64,000 bases of DNA, from assembly GCA_964544915.1 (NCBI GenBank), contig CAZJDY010000017.1, positions 6,906-70,905 of the forward strand, written 5' to 3'. The stretch's first letter is position 1, and the number at the start of each line of letters is the position of its first letter. Position numbers and translations under genes: made by a program. The notes beneath the pieces are model-generated. The model did no database searches. It was not told where the DNA came from and worked only from the letters and a program-made list of their open reading frames with translations. This document shows, piece after piece, positions 49,374 to 59,807 of the stretch. Source of the DNA: an uncultured Methanomassiliicoccaceae archaeon (lineage in GTDB: Archaea; Thermoplasmatota; Thermoplasmata; Methanomassiliicoccales; JACIVX01).

Positions 49374-52100
49374 ATGGCGGAGCAATGGTATTCGCTCACA
49401 AAGGACGAGGTCGTCCAGCGCCTGGGAACATCCGAGGAATCCGGGATATCGGACGAGGAGGCGGCCAGGCGTCTGGAGGAATACGGCCCGAACGAGCTGG
49501 TCGAGAAGGAGAGGATCTCCACTCTGAAGATCTTCCTTGACCAGTTCAAGGACCTGATGGTAATAATACTCATCATCGCGGCCGTGATCTCCGGAGCGAT
49601 AGCGACGTATCAGGGGACGACCGAGGGATGGCTGGATGCCGCCGTCATCATGATCATTGTCATTCTGAACTCGATAATGGGGTTCGTTCAAGAGTACAAG
49701 GCGGAGAAGACGCTTAAGGCCCTGAAGCAGCTCGCCTCCCCTGGCACAACGGTCATTAGAGGAGGGAAGGATGAAGACGTTTCATCGCGTGAGCTCGTGC
49801 CTGGGGACGTCATGATACTGTCAACGGGCGACAAAATCTCAGCAGATGCGCGCCTGATCGAATCGGTCAACCTCAAGGTGAACGAGGCCCCCCTTACCGG
49901 CGAATCCGGGCCGATCTCCAAACAGAACGACATCGTCGTGGAGAAGGACGCGTTCGTCGGAGAAAGGATCAACATGGTGTTCTCCGGCTGCGTCGTAGAG
50001 TATGGCAGGGGAAAGGCCGTTGTCACCTCGACCGGGATGGACACCGAGCTAGGGAACATCGCCCACATGATACAGACCGAGCCTGACCAGACCCCACTTC
50101 AGAAGAAGCTTCTCGTTCTCGGTAGGCAAATCGGGATCACCATCCTTGGTGTCACTGTATTCATCTTCCTCGTCGGACTGCTGAGGAACATAGCCCTGGA
50201 GGAGATGTTCCTGACCTCTGTCAGCCTTGCCGTCGCGGCGATTCCTGAGGGGCTGCCGGCTGTCGTCACCATAAGCCTGGCTCTTGGACTGCAGCGGATG
50301 GCGAAACGCAATGCCCTCGTGAGGAAGCTCCATGCCGTCGAGAGCCTCGGGAGCGCCACCGTCATATGCACCGACAAGACGGGGACACTGACCAAAGGCG
50401 AGATGAACATCCGCGAGATCTACACCGGCGAGGACGTCCAGGTCTCGGGAGAGGGGTTCGAGCCAGTTGGTGAGTTCTCGGTCGACGGGACGAAGCTCGA
50501 TCCTTCGGAGGTAGATGGGCTCTCCTGGTTGCTCAAGGCCGGGGCGCTGTGCAACGACTCGTCCCTTCAGAGGGAGAGGACCAAATGGTCGATCAAAGGC
50601 GACACGACAGAGGGCACGCTCATCGTCACTGCCAGGAAAGCTGGCATTGACCATGATGAGCTGAAGGCGGAATACCCGCGGGTGTTCGAGGTCCCGTTCG
50701 ACTCGAATAAGAAGAGGATGACGACGGTCCATGAGCACGACGAGAAGAAAATCGCATTCATGAAGGGCGCCGCCGAGACGACCGTCCACCTCTGTGACAA
50801 GATGTACATTGATGGCGAAACAGTTGCCATGACGGACGAGGATCAGAAGATCGTCCTCGAAAAGGATGCGGAGATGGCCAGGAGAGCCTTGCGCGTGCTG
50901 GCGATCACGATGAGGGACGTCACGGATGTAACGCCTTTCGAGGACGGAGTCGAGAAGGGGTTCACATTCCTCGGCCTCGTGGGGATGATCGACGCACCGA
51001 GGAAGGAAGCCATCGAGGCAATCAAGAAGTGCAAGGGCGCCGGCATCCGCGTGATAATGATCACTGGCGATCACGAACTCACAGCAAAGGCGATTGCGAA
51101 GGAGATGGGGATCGTCGAGACCGACGAAGTCCCGTCGATATCCGGAAGGGAACTGGAGAAGATCTCGACGGAAGAACTCGCGAGGAGGGTAAAGGAAGTG
51201 AGGGTCTTCGCCAGGGTCGCTCCGGAGCACAAGGTGAAGATAGTCGAGGCCCTGAAGAAGAACGGCGAGATCGTGGCGATGACTGGGGACGGAGTGAACG
51301 ATGCTCCGGCCCTGAAGAAGGCGGACATAGGCATCGCTATGGGGATAACAGGGACGGATGTCTCGAAAGAAGCGGCGGGAATGGTCCTGGCAGACGACAA
51401 CTTCGCCTCCATCGTGCACGCGGTTGAAGAGGGCAGGGGAATATATGGCAACATAAGGAAGTTCGTCAGCTTCCTGCTTTCCTGCAACGCCGGCGAGGTG
51501 ACCACGATGTTCCTTGCGATGTTCATCATGGACCCCGGGCTGCTGCCGCTCCTACTTCCGATACAGCTGCTTTGGATGAACCTGGTGACCGATGGGCTTC
51601 CGGCGCTGTCCCTCGGAGTCGAGCCGACACCGCCCGACGTCATGGAGAGACCGCCGAGGGATCCGACCGAGCGTCCGATTACTAGGCGAATGGGTTATCA
51701 GATCATTGCCATCGGCCTGCTCATGGCCCTCGGGACGCTGTTGGCTTCGTACCTTGAATTCTCTCAGACTCACGACGAGGTCAGAACGCGCACCGTGGCG
51801 TTCTGCACGCTGGTGATGTCCCAATTGCTGTTCGTGTTCTCAGTGAGATCAGAGAGACGCCTGATCACGCAGATGGGCCTCCGATCCAACTCGAAGATGC
51901 TCTACGCGTTCGTGATCGCCTTGGCACTGCAGCTCATGGTCGTTTATGTTCCGTTCCTGAACCCGGTCTTCAAGACCGTCCCGATCGGCATCGATGAGTG
52001 GATCATCATCCTGCCAATCTCACTGTCAGCCCTAGTCCTGAACGAACTGTGGAAGGTCATCAGATTCAGGGAAAAGAAGAATGAGTCTTCAACTCCATGA
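49374..52100 (+). CDS. P-type ATPase, Ca2+-transporting (type II) family
   Basis: TGES, IPEGL, DKTGTLT, TGDGVND and NLVTDGLPAL motifs. Confidence 0.95.
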   Translation: MAEQWYSLTKDEVVQRLGTSEESGISDEEAARRLEEYGPNELVEKERISTLKIFLDQFKDLMVIILIIAAVISGAIATYQGTTEGWLDAAVIMIIVILNSIMGFVQEYKAEKTLKALKQLASPGTTVIRGGKDEDVSSRELVPGDVMILSTGDKISADARLIESVNLKVNEAPLTGESGPISKQNDIVVEKDAFVGERINMVFSGCVVEYGRGKAVVTSTGMDTELGNIAHMIQTEPDQTPLQKKLLVLGRQIGITILGVTVFIFLVGLLRNIALEEMFLTSVSLAVAAIPEGLPAVVTISLALGLQRMAKRNALVRKLHAVESLGSATVICTDKTGTLTKGEMNIREIYTGEDVQVSGEGFEPVGEFSVDGTKLDPSEVDGLSWLLKAGALCNDSSLQRERTKWSIKGDTTEGTLIVTARKAGIDHDELKAEYPRVFEVPFDSNKKRMTTVHEHDEKKIAFMKGAAETTVHLCDKMYIDGETVAMTDEDQKIVLEKDAEMARRALRVLAITMRDVTDVTPFEDGVEKGFTFLGLVGMIDAPRKEAIEAIKKCKGAGIRVIMITGDHELTAKAIAKEMGIVETDEVPSISGRELEKISTEELARRVKEVRVFARVAPEHKVKIVEALKKNGEIVAMTGDGVNDAPALKKADIGIAMGITGTDVSKEAAGMVLADDNFASIVHAVEEGRGIYGNIRKFVSFLLSCNAGEVTTMFLAMFIMDPGLLPLLLPIQLLWMNLVTDGLPALSLGVEPTPPDVMERPPRDPTERPITRRMGYQIIAIGLLMALGTLLASYLEFSQTHDEVRTRTVAFCTLVMSQLLFVFSVRSERRLITQMGLRSNSKMLYAFVIALALQLMVVYVPFLNPVFKTVPIGIDEWIIILPISLSALVLNELWKVIRFREKKNESSTP

Positions 52101-52131
52101 CTGATAAGTCCAAGGGAAGAAGAGGCTTCAC

Positions 52132-53151
52132 TTGATCGAGATAGACGGCTCCGAAGGAGAGGGCGGGGGACAGCTGCTACGATGCGCAGTCGCACTCTCA
52201 GCCCTGACTAGCAAGGATGTGAGAGTATTCAATATCCGAGCGGGTCGCCCAATCCCTGGTCTGGCACCTCAGCACCTGACGGCCATCAAGGGCGTTGCAT
52301 CGCTCTGCGATGCGCAGACGGATGGCGCTGTTTTGGGGAGCACGGACATTGTCTTCCGTCCCGGACCCGTGTCTGGAGGCAGGAGGAGACTTGATGTCGG
52401 CACCGCAGGGAGCATCTCCCTAGTGCTCCAGGCATGCATCCTTCCAGCGCTCAGATCCGACAGAGTCACGACGCTCGAGATCACTGGAGGAACGAACGTC
52501 AGATGGTCTCCCCCGATAGATTACTATCTGGATCTGCTCTTCCCGATCCTGAGGAGAATGGGGATTGGGATCCGCATGCACCTGGATGCAAGAGGATTCT
52601 ACCCGGAAGGTGGAGGTAAGATCACTGTCGAAATAGAGCCCTCGACGGGAATCTCCCCGCTCGATCTCCAAGAAAGGGGTTTATTGAAGGGGCTACGGGG
52701 CGTGTGCTTCTCCCAGAACCTGCCCGAGCACGTCTGCAAACGGATCTCGCATTCAGGTAAGAAGGCATTCCTGGACAAAGGCGGGGTGAGTGTAAGAACC
52801 GATGTGTCCAGCGGCAGATCCGCAGGGGCTGGCATATGCTTGTTCGCAGAATATGAGAGGACCGTTCTCGGAGCCGACGCGCTTGGTGAAAGGGGCGTTC
52901 CTGCGGAGAAGGTCGGGACTGATGCCGCCGAGGCGCTCAGGAGGGAGATGACCGGAGTCGGAACGCTAGACGTCCACTCCGGGGACCAGCTTGTCCCTTA
53001 CATGGCGCTGGCTAAGGGCAGGTCGGTGTTCAGGGTAAGGGAGATGACCAGGCACTTGAAGACCCAGATGTGGTTGATAGGCAATTTCCTCGACCCGACG
53101 TTCGATGTGAAGAGCGTCGACGGCGGGTACGAGATTGTCGTCGCTCCCTAA
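52132..53151 (+). CDS. rtcA: RNA 3'-terminal phosphate cyclase
   Basis: IDGSEGEGGGQ, PGLAPQH, RGFYPEGGG and DQL motifs. Confidence 0.94.
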   Translation: MIEIDGSEGEGGGQLLRCAVALSALTSKDVRVFNIRAGRPIPGLAPQHLTAIKGVASLCDAQTDGAVLGSTDIVFRPGPVSGGRRRLDVGTAGSISLVLQACILPALRSDRVTTLEITGGTNVRWSPPIDYYLDLLFPILRRMGIGIRMHLDARGFYPEGGGKITVEIEPSTGISPLDLQERGLLKGLRGVCFSQNLPEHVCKRISHSGKKAFLDKGGVSVRTDVSSGRSAGAGICLFAEYERTVLGADALGERGVPAEKVGTDAAEALRREMTGVGTLDVHSGDQLVPYMALAKGRSVFRVREMTRHLKTQMWLIGNFLDPTFDVKSVDGGYEIVVAP

Positions 53152-53915
53152 CCGTACATGATCGAACGCATCTTCGTCAGTTCGTCCTTCTTGCCGGCCT
53201 TCTTGTAGATCTCTTTGAGCCTTTCCTCAATTCCCGCTGCCTCGGCAAGAAGTGGTTTCGTATCGAGTTCTATGTGCAATAGTATCTTGTCGATAGCAGC
53301 TGTCACCGCCGCAGCGGCCCTCGCGTCCGGATACTCGGCGTGCGCCTCCGAGAGGAGTATCACCACGTCATAATTCCGGTTCACCCCTTCATTCAGCAGT
53401 ACCCCGGCCAGACCGACGATGACGCCGTTGTCAATCAATGGTATTTCGTTTTTCTTCAATATGTCCATTGCGTTCGGAGTCGAGCCGATGCCATAGACCC
53501 TGTTCTCCTGGGGCGCCTGATCTGCCTTCTGAGCCGAATCCCCGCTCTCCGTGACCAATCCTTCGGGTGAGATGAGCATCTTGCACCTGTTGTCCTCGAT
53601 CCAATCCATCATCGTCTTTGCCAAAGGTTTGGCCACACTCGGCGGTGGAGGGAACTCCGAGACAAAGGCCACCACCTTGTCCTCACCCTTCTGGCCCGCG
53701 TATATCCTGGCTGGGCTGTAGGGCCTTCCGCCACGGACCAGAGACACGGACGGGAAGCTGGCCGAGTCCATCACCGCTATCTCTTCCAGCCCTAGAAAGC
53801 TGACGAGATAGTTCGCTGAGATCGACCCCACCAAACCCACGCTCGGGAAACCATCGATCACATAGGCGTCCTGGATGTCCCTTCTCTTCCTCTCGATTAT
53901 TTCGATTTCTTCCAT
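53148..53915 (-). CDS. Proteasome assembly chaperone PAC2 family protein
   Basis: GFPSVGLVGSI and YPDARAA motifs. Confidence 0.85.
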   Translation of the reverse strand: MEEIEIIERKRRDIQDAYVIDGFPSVGLVGSISANYLVSFLGLEEIAVMDSASFPSVSLVRGGRPYSPARIYAGQKGEDKVVAFVSEFPPPPSVAKPLAKTMMDWIEDNRCKMLISPEGLVTESGDSAQKADQAPQENRVYGIGSTPNAMDILKKNEIPLIDNGVIVGLAGVLLNEGVNRNYDVVILLSEAHAEYPDARAAAAVTAAIDKILLHIELDTKPLLAEAAGIEERLKEIYKKAGKKDELTKMRSIMYG

Positions 53916-54019
53916 CGGGATTCGTATCTGCTCCGGGCTAATTAACGATTCGGAATGGGCGGACCTCAGACTCGGCCTCCGGAAGTATTATTGCGTTTTC
54001 ATGAATATGCTTGGCCACG

Positions 54020-54655
54020 ATGAGACCCTTCGTCATCGTCAACTGTGCAATGACACCAGATGGCAAGATAGCAGGTCGGAGCAGAAGACAGTTCAGGATA
54101 TCCTCCCAGGAGGACATGGAGAGAGTTCAATCGCTCCGTGCATCCTCGGACGCGATCCTTGTCGGCATCGGAACGATACTCGCCGACGACCCGCACCTCA
54201 CCGTGAAGGGCATCGGACCAGAAAAGATCCCGCTTAGGGTGGTCCTGGACTCCAAGGGAAGGACGCCAGAGGGCGCGAGGGTACTTGACAGCAGAGCGCC
54301 GACCCTGATAGTGACGGCAGAGGAGTGTTCCAAGACCTGGGAGGGGGCGGAGACGTTCCGCTGCGGAGGGGGGCGCGTCGATCTCCAGATCCTGCTACGT
54401 GAACTTCATAGACGAGGCGTGAAGAGCGTCGTCGTCGAAGGAGGCGGGGAGGTCATCTGGTCGTTCTTCTCCGGCGGCTTTGTCGATCGCTATTGCGTCT
54501 TCGTGGGGAACATGATAATCGGAGGGCGGGTCTCTCCAACACCGGTCGACGGCGAGGGCTTCCCGGATGATAAGACGATACCCCTTAGGTTGATCGAGGT
54601 CACCAGGCTTGGAAGCGGCGTCCTACTGAGCTACGAGGTCGTCAGGGATGACTGA
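54020..54655 (+). CDS. arfC: 2,5-diamino-6-ribosylamino-pyrimidinone 5'-phosphate reductase (RibD C-terminal-like)
   Basis: MTPDGKIA, ILVGIGTILADDPHL and VEGGG motifs. Confidence 0.85.
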   Translation: MRPFVIVNCAMTPDGKIAGRSRRQFRISSQEDMERVQSLRASSDAILVGIGTILADDPHLTVKGIGPEKIPLRVVLDSKGRTPEGARVLDSRAPTLIVTAEECSKTWEGAETFRCGGGRVDLQILLRELHRRGVKSVVVEGGGEVIWSFFSGGFVDRYCVFVGNMIIGGRVSPTPVDGEGFPDDKTIPLRLIEVTRLGSGVLLSYEVVRDD

Positions 54656-55121
54656 CGAAAGGCCGAAGTTCGCCGCGGACGAGATGCTCGGATCCCTATC
54701 CCGCTGGCTTCGCATAATGGGCTACGATACCACCTATGAGAAGGACATGGAGGACGCGGACATTCTCCGCTTTGCAGAAGTGGAGGGTAGGACCCTCTTG
54801 ACAAGGGACAAGGATCTTGTCCGGAGAACAAAAGGAAATGGTCTGTACATAGAGAGCGACGATCTCTCCGAGCAATTGCGTCAGGTCTTCGAGGCGTTCG
54901 ACCTCAGAATGGATGAAGCGCTTACCCGTTGCACCGTGTGCAACGGCGACCTCGTGATCGTGGAGCCGAGCGAGGTCAAAGACAAGGTCCCGGTCGGAGC
55001 GCTTGAGATCAATGACGAGTTCTACCGTTGCACGAAGTGCGGGAAGATCTACTGGAAGGGATCCCACTGGGACAACATACTCAACAGACTCGGTGCCCTT
55101 AGTCCTGACAAATCCAGGTGA
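54648..55121 (+). CDS. Mut7-C RNase-like domain protein (DUF82)
   Basis: DEMLGSLSRWLRIMGYD, LLTRD, RCTVCN and CTKCGKIYWKGSH motifs. Confidence 0.88.
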   Translation: MTDERPKFAADEMLGSLSRWLRIMGYDTTYEKDMEDADILRFAEVEGRTLLTRDKDLVRRTKGNGLYIESDDLSEQLRQVFEAFDLRMDEALTRCTVCNGDLVIVEPSEVKDKVPVGALEINDEFYRCTKCGKIYWKGSHWDNILNRLGALSPDKSR

Positions 55122-55161
55122 TACGAGTCAGAGACAATCACGTTCTTGTGAAGGCATCCGC

Positions 55162-56109
55162 TCACAGTCGGTAGTAGTCCTCGCTGATGATCTTCCCAGT
55201 CCCTGCGTTGACGATCATGACTCCGTGGATGCCTTCGACGCACCAGATCGGAGAGTAGCAGATGCCCTGTCCCTCCAGGTTGATGTCCTCCGCCCGCGGG
55301 GAGACCTTCTTCTTCTCGACGACCGTCACCTGTCCGCTATCCGTGATAATCTCCCTTTCGTACGAGTACATCCGGACCACCTCGTCCTTGACCAACCCTT
55401 TCGCCTCTTCAACGTCCAGCATCGGTTCGAGACGCCTGTAGCTCTGGTCCAGAGAATAGACGATCTCAACATTCTCATTCCACTTCTCTACCTTCTTCGT
55501 CAAGGCGTTCAAAGATAGTTGGCCGCCCTCATTTCCGAGCTTCCTGTCCTCCAGATACAAGTCGCAAGAATACCTGTATACATAGTACGGAACGAGCTCC
55601 AATCTGTACCTGAAACCGCCAACGGTCTTCCTGGAGATCTCCCTGACGTCACTTATGTTGATCGTCGGTTTGATTATGCGCTCCCCGACCTCAGCGGTCT
55701 GGACTTTCTCGAGTTCCTCCGGCGAGACCATCTTCGGATAATCGTCGGCCAAGAGCTCGTCCACCAGGCCGTGATCCCGCTCGCCGACTATCTTCTCGAT
55801 CCTGGTCCTGCCTATTTCGCGCTCGATTGTTTCTCTGTCCCACACACACGTACCTGCATCCAATGCTTCCGTGGCGGAATCCGGAAGGTCTTTCAGCGTT
55901 GCGATGACCTTCCTGCCCTTGAAGTCCTTGAACTTCTCAAGAAAGCCCATGAGGGATTTGTCATCCCCCAGCGAGATCGGGCAGAAGACGACCTCATTCT
56001 CGCCCTTCTTTCCAACCAAATAGCCATCCCGCTCTGATACCGAAAAGTCCCTGGCCTTGAGAATCTCGGTTATGACACTGGTCAGAGAGGTCAAGAGCGC
56101 ACCGGACAC
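55162..56109 (-). CDS. Hypothetical protein (315 aa)
   Basis: Long ORF with protein-like composition; no family confidently recognised. Confidence 0.7.
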   Translation of the reverse strand: MSGALLTSLTSVITEILKARDFSVSERDGYLVGKKGENEVVFCPISLGDDKSLMGFLEKFKDFKGRKVIATLKDLPDSATEALDAGTCVWDRETIEREIGRTRIEKIVGERDHGLVDELLADDYPKMVSPEELEKVQTAEVGERIIKPTINISDVREISRKTVGGFRYRLELVPYYVYRYSCDLYLEDRKLGNEGGQLSLNALTKKVEKWNENVEIVYSLDQSYRRLEPMLDVEEAKGLVKDEVVRMYSYEREIITDSGQVTVVEKKKVSPRAEDINLEGQGICYSPIWCVEGIHGVMIVNAGTGKIISEDYYRL

Positions 56110-56231
56110 ATAATCGGACTTTTCTCATAAAAAGCATTTGTTCGGCTCGCCGATTATCCCAGCATGCAAGAAGAATCCGTCCGAACCGTTCGACTCAAAC
56201 GGGCAACAAAGAAGAAAGTGCTTTATATTCT

Positions 56232-56260
56232 GCACCGTGGTTAACCCGCGTGAACGGTGC
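56232..56260. promoter_or_regulatory. Inverted repeat GCACCGT-N15-ACGGTGC directly after a TATA-like box
   Basis: Perfect 7-bp arms; internal palindrome GGTTAACC; TTTATAT at about 56222. Confidence 0.4.
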
Positions 56261-56296
56261 GCATGCGACGCCGTTCCAGCTCAGGAGACAGTGTCC

Positions 56297-57571
56297 ATGA
56301 AAAGCGAGTTGAGAGAGCAACTGAAAATCCGCCCGGCCGCTTTGAAAGAGGTCAATGATTTTCTTCTTGATCCAAAGAATCCGGTGGTCAATGACATCCT
56401 TCGGGTAGTGGACAAATACGGCACACCTGAAGAAATCAATGCAAAGGCACGGGAAGCGAGACAGCTTCCGAACCTCACGAAGCGATTGTGCAAGATCCGC
56501 TCCCCATACTTGAAGGACTTGGAGTGGCTCGAAGCTCAGAGGGACAAGGGGTCCTTTGTATCAATCCCTGAATTCAGACGCCAAGTCTTGGGAAAGAAAG
56601 CAGACAAAATGAAGTTCGACAAGAAGCACGCTATCACTCTTGAGATAAGCGCGTTTCAGTATTTCCCCTGGCTGATCACAGAAGCTAAGCAGTCGATCAA
56701 GAACAAGGAGATAATGCCGGGCCGATACATCCGTGTCCGCAAGATGAAGGAGCAGGAGAAGGACCAGGGAGACATCCTCGCGGTCGCCGCAGCCATGCAG
56801 ATTGTCGGCGCGACATACGTCGAGACCCTGGACACCAAGGGGACGGATGGGTCGAACGTTCACCTCGGCGGTCCTGCGACGATCACTGGCTACTTCGGCG
56901 GCGTCGGTCAGCCGAACGATCATGCTCTGAAGTACATCGACGAGTTCCTCTACTACTACACCGAGTACGGTGTCCAGCAGGTTCTCAACATCAACCCCGG
57001 GACAGTCCTGCTCGGATACATCATCTATAAACTCGGGATCGACATGGAATTCAAGATATCGGTGTTCATGGGCAACGACAACCCGTACTCAATACTGTGG
57101 ACGCTGATGGCCGCCAGATTGTTCTCGAGGAAGGACGGCTCGGTGCCGCTCATAGGATTCAACCTCAGCAACTCGGTGGACGTGAAGACCATCGAGAGGG
57201 GGGCTTACATCCGAAAGCGGTTCGGTCTGGAGGACAACGTGCGCATAGAGCACCACATCACCGAGACCTGGAAGAGCATCGTGAGGCAGCCATACAACCG
57301 CCGCGACGACCTCTTGAAGGTCTCGGATCATGTCAAGAACATCGCCGCGAAGCACGAGGGGGGAGAGGTCGAGGTGGAGGAGAAGCGCAAGCACCCGTCC
57401 GACATCCTGGACTACTTCAGGGACAAGGAGGAGGTCCTCACAGCCGGGGACATGGGGTATCTCGAACAGAACTACATGGACAAGCACGAGTCGATTAACC
57501 TAACGGCGAAGGCGCTGACGAAGAACGGATTGTCCTTCGTTGCCGCATGGAACCTCCACTCCGAGAAGTAG
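56297..57571 (+). CDS. Uncharacterized enzyme-like protein (424 aa)
   Basis: AGGAG RBS before MKSEL; rich in enzyme-like motifs (ETLDTKGTDG, EHHITE, KHEGG); function not recognised. Confidence 0.75.
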   Translation: MKSELREQLKIRPAALKEVNDFLLDPKNPVVNDILRVVDKYGTPEEINAKAREARQLPNLTKRLCKIRSPYLKDLEWLEAQRDKGSFVSIPEFRRQVLGKKADKMKFDKKHAITLEISAFQYFPWLITEAKQSIKNKEIMPGRYIRVRKMKEQEKDQGDILAVAAAMQIVGATYVETLDTKGTDGSNVHLGGPATITGYFGGVGQPNDHALKYIDEFLYYYTEYGVQQVLNINPGTVLLGYIIYKLGIDMEFKISVFMGNDNPYSILWTLMAARLFSRKDGSVPLIGFNLSNSVDVKTIERGAYIRKRFGLEDNVRIEHHITETWKSIVRQPYNRRDDLLKVSDHVKNIAAKHEGGEVEVEEKRKHPSDILDYFRDKEEVLTAGDMGYLEQNYMDKHESINLTAKALTKNGLSFVAAWNLHSEK

Positions 57572-57728
57572 ACCGAACAGGTGTCGTATACAAAGAGCCG
57601 GGCCGTTCCGGCCCGCTCCCTTTCCAATATTGTTCTCTTCATTTTTCATCATCTTGATGGTTGGAACGCGCCTGCGTCGCGTGGTCGAAGGAAAGATTGA
57701 TTACTCACGTATTGCTAGGACGGAAGTG

Positions 57729-58148
57729 ATGGCGCCAGCAAGACTCCTGAAACTGGCTGCATTGCTGACGATCATAATCGGCATCGTCATCTCCGTCGCA
57801 TCGATAGCTCTAGGTCAGATGCAGGTCATGCTGTTCATCATCTTCCCAGTCTTCTATGCGGAAGGGCTGCTCCCCGCGGTCGGTATAGCACTGCTGTTCA
57901 TCGGAATTATTGCGCTGTTCCTCTCGTTCTTCGTGTCAATGAACGCCGGTGCCACAAGAGCTCAGGCTGAGACCCGGTCTTCTGACGAGGTGGAAGTCAA
58001 GGAATGGCACAAACCAAAGGTGAAGGGCGGGGGCGTCGTGCTCATCGGTCCTGTTCCCATAATCTTCGGATCGGATTGGAGGATGGCAATCACGGCGGCA
58101 ATCCTCGCAATTCTGCTAATCGGCATGGTGCTTCTATTCCTGCTCTAG
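57729..58148 (+). CDS. DUF131/TIGR00304-like membrane protein
   Basis: GGGVVLIGPVPIIFGSD motif and TM helices. Confidence 0.8.
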   Translation: MAPARLLKLAALLTIIIGIVISVASIALGQMQVMLFIIFPVFYAEGLLPAVGIALLFIGIIALFLSFFVSMNAGATRAQAETRSSDEVEVKEWHKPKVKGGGVVLIGPVPIIFGSDWRMAITAAILAILLIGMVLLFLL

Positions 58149-58361
58149 ACCACTGGCGAGCGTCTCCGCCACCTCCTCGACCGAAATCTTACGCTTCCTC
58201 GCGAGGGTGCGAATCTCGCTCATCAGCCTGATGTAGGCGTCAAAATCCATGCCGCGCTTGCGCATCGTCTTGCCCAAGGTCTGCTCGAAGGCCATCGACT
58301 TCCTTGACTGCGAGAGAGCCTCCTCGATAACCTCTTTCTCTTCGAGACTCAACGGCGCCAT
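58134..58361 (-). CDS. Small hypothetical protein, 75 aa
   Basis: MAPLSLEEKEVIEEAL...; GGAGG RBS and start codon overlap the guaAA 3' end. Corresponds to the C-terminal part of track ORF 58134..58691. Confidence 0.6.
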   Translation of the reverse strand: MAPLSLEEKEVIEEALSQSRKSMAFEQTLGKTMRKRGMDFDAYIRLMSEIRTLARKRKISVEEVAETLASGLEQE

Positions 58362-58924
58362 TCCTCGACCACCCTCAGGAAGTTCTTGAAGATCTTGTAC
58401 CCATACTCGGTGTTCTCGACCTCGGGATGGAACTGCAGTCCGTAGATCGGCCTGGTCTTCATCTTGACGGCCTCGTACGGGCAGTTCTCGGAATGAGCGA
58501 GGACCTGGAATGAATCTGGCACGACCGTCACCTCGTCGTTGTGCGATTCCCAGACGGAGAACTGCCTGGGCACTCCGCGGAACAGTTCGTCCTCCTCGTC
58601 CACGAAGAGAAGGGCCTTGCCGAATTCGGGAATCTTCGCCGGCTCCGTCTTGCCGCCGAATTTGGTGCATGTGAATTGCATCCCCGCGCATATCCCCAAT
58701 ATCGGGAAGTCGGCTCTGTCGAGGTACTCCCCGTTCCTGCCCATCCTATCGACATCGAGAGCTACGCGGGGCGCTCCTCCGGACAGAACGAGCGCATCCA
58801 CTCCTCCCAGTTCGTCGAAGGGAGTGGTATTGGGGACGACCTTCGTGTCGACCTCGAGGTACTTCAGCACCCTCCATTCCCGATGAGTCCACTGGCCCCC
58901 GTTGTCGATGACGTAGACCTTCAT
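58349..58924 (-). CDS. guaAA: GMP synthase glutamine amidotransferase subunit A
   Basis: IDNGGQWTH, LGICAGMQ and QFHPEV motifs. Confidence 0.95.
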   Translation of the reverse strand: MKVYVIDNGGQWTHREWRVLKYLEVDTKVVPNTTPFDELGGVDALVLSGGAPRVALDVDRMGRNGEYLDRADFPILGICAGMQFTCTKFGGKTEPAKIPEFGKALLFVDEEDELFRGVPRQFSVWESHNDEVTVVPDSFQVLAHSENCPYEAVKMKTRPIYGLQFHPEVENTEYGYKIFKNFLRVVEEWRR

Positions 58925-59069
58925 TTACGTCGATAAATGGAGGGTGCTTATTTAAAGGGTTGCGAAGGGTAGGATTCTCGCCATGAGACCTCAGCCAGTT
59001 CCCTTGATCTTGATCCGTCGGGAATCCAACAGCAAGACTTAAATCATACCCGAGCATCCAAAATCTGAG

Positions 59070-59795
59070 ATGAAGGCAGTACTGTTCGATCTGGGTCACA
59101 CTCTTATTGACTACTACCATGAATGGAGAGGACCGAGGGCCAAAGCTGTTGACAGAGTATATCACCTGGTTGCGGGCTCTTGCGACACCGTTCCAGATAA
59201 GGAGCGATTCACAGCCTACCTATCTGGCCTGCTCGAGAAAGCGCGAGATCTGAAGATCAGTCAGATGGTCGAGGTACCACTCTCCGAGACGATCGATACC
59301 TGCCTCCACAGGTTCGGCTGCGACTCCAGCGAGGATCTGATCGAAGGCTCCTTGGAAGCGTTCTACCAAACCCTGCTCGAATCGAGGGAGTTGATCCCTG
59401 GTACGGTCGACATGCTCGAGAGGATTAAGGCCCGCGGTCTTCTCATCGGCCTCGTATCAGACGTGGCCTGGGGCCTTCCGTCGAGATTCCCGCTCATGGA
59501 CATGAGGCATTTCCACTTGGACGGGTTCTTCGACGACATGGTCTTCTCCACCGACGTCGGGCTGAGAAAGCCGAACCCGAAGATATTCAAGATAGCCTTG
59601 TTGAACCTCGGTGTGAAACCGGGGGAGGCGGTCTTCGTCGGTAACTCCCTGCAGGCGGACATCGAGGGAGCGTTGAGGGTTGGCATGCTGGCCGTTCTGA
59701 AGAAATCCAAGTACTACCAGCACGACGACGGTATCGTCCCGGACGCGAGAATAGTGGACTGGTCGGAGATAGACTCGGTGCTCAACGGCCACTGA
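59070..59795 (+). CDS. HAD-superfamily hydrolase
   Basis: FDLGHTL, RKPNPKIF and FVGNSLQADIEGA motifs. Confidence 0.9.
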   Translation: MKAVLFDLGHTLIDYYHEWRGPRAKAVDRVYHLVAGSCDTVPDKERFTAYLSGLLEKARDLKISQMVEVPLSETIDTCLHRFGCDSSEDLIEGSLEAFYQTLLESRELIPGTVDMLERIKARGLLIGLVSDVAWGLPSRFPLMDMRHFHLDGFFDDMVFSTDVGLRKPNPKIFKIALLNLGVKPGEAVFVGNSLQADIEGALRVGMLAVLKKSKYYQHDDGIVPDARIVDWSEIDSVLNGH

Positions 59796-59807
59796 GAATG
59801 ATTATGC

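Noticed and set aside
52132-53151. RtcA as a dedicated partner of the intron-containing tRNA
   Set aside because: It lies 35 kb away, is widespread in archaea, and BHB cleavage already yields cyclic phosphate ends; no specific link is supported.
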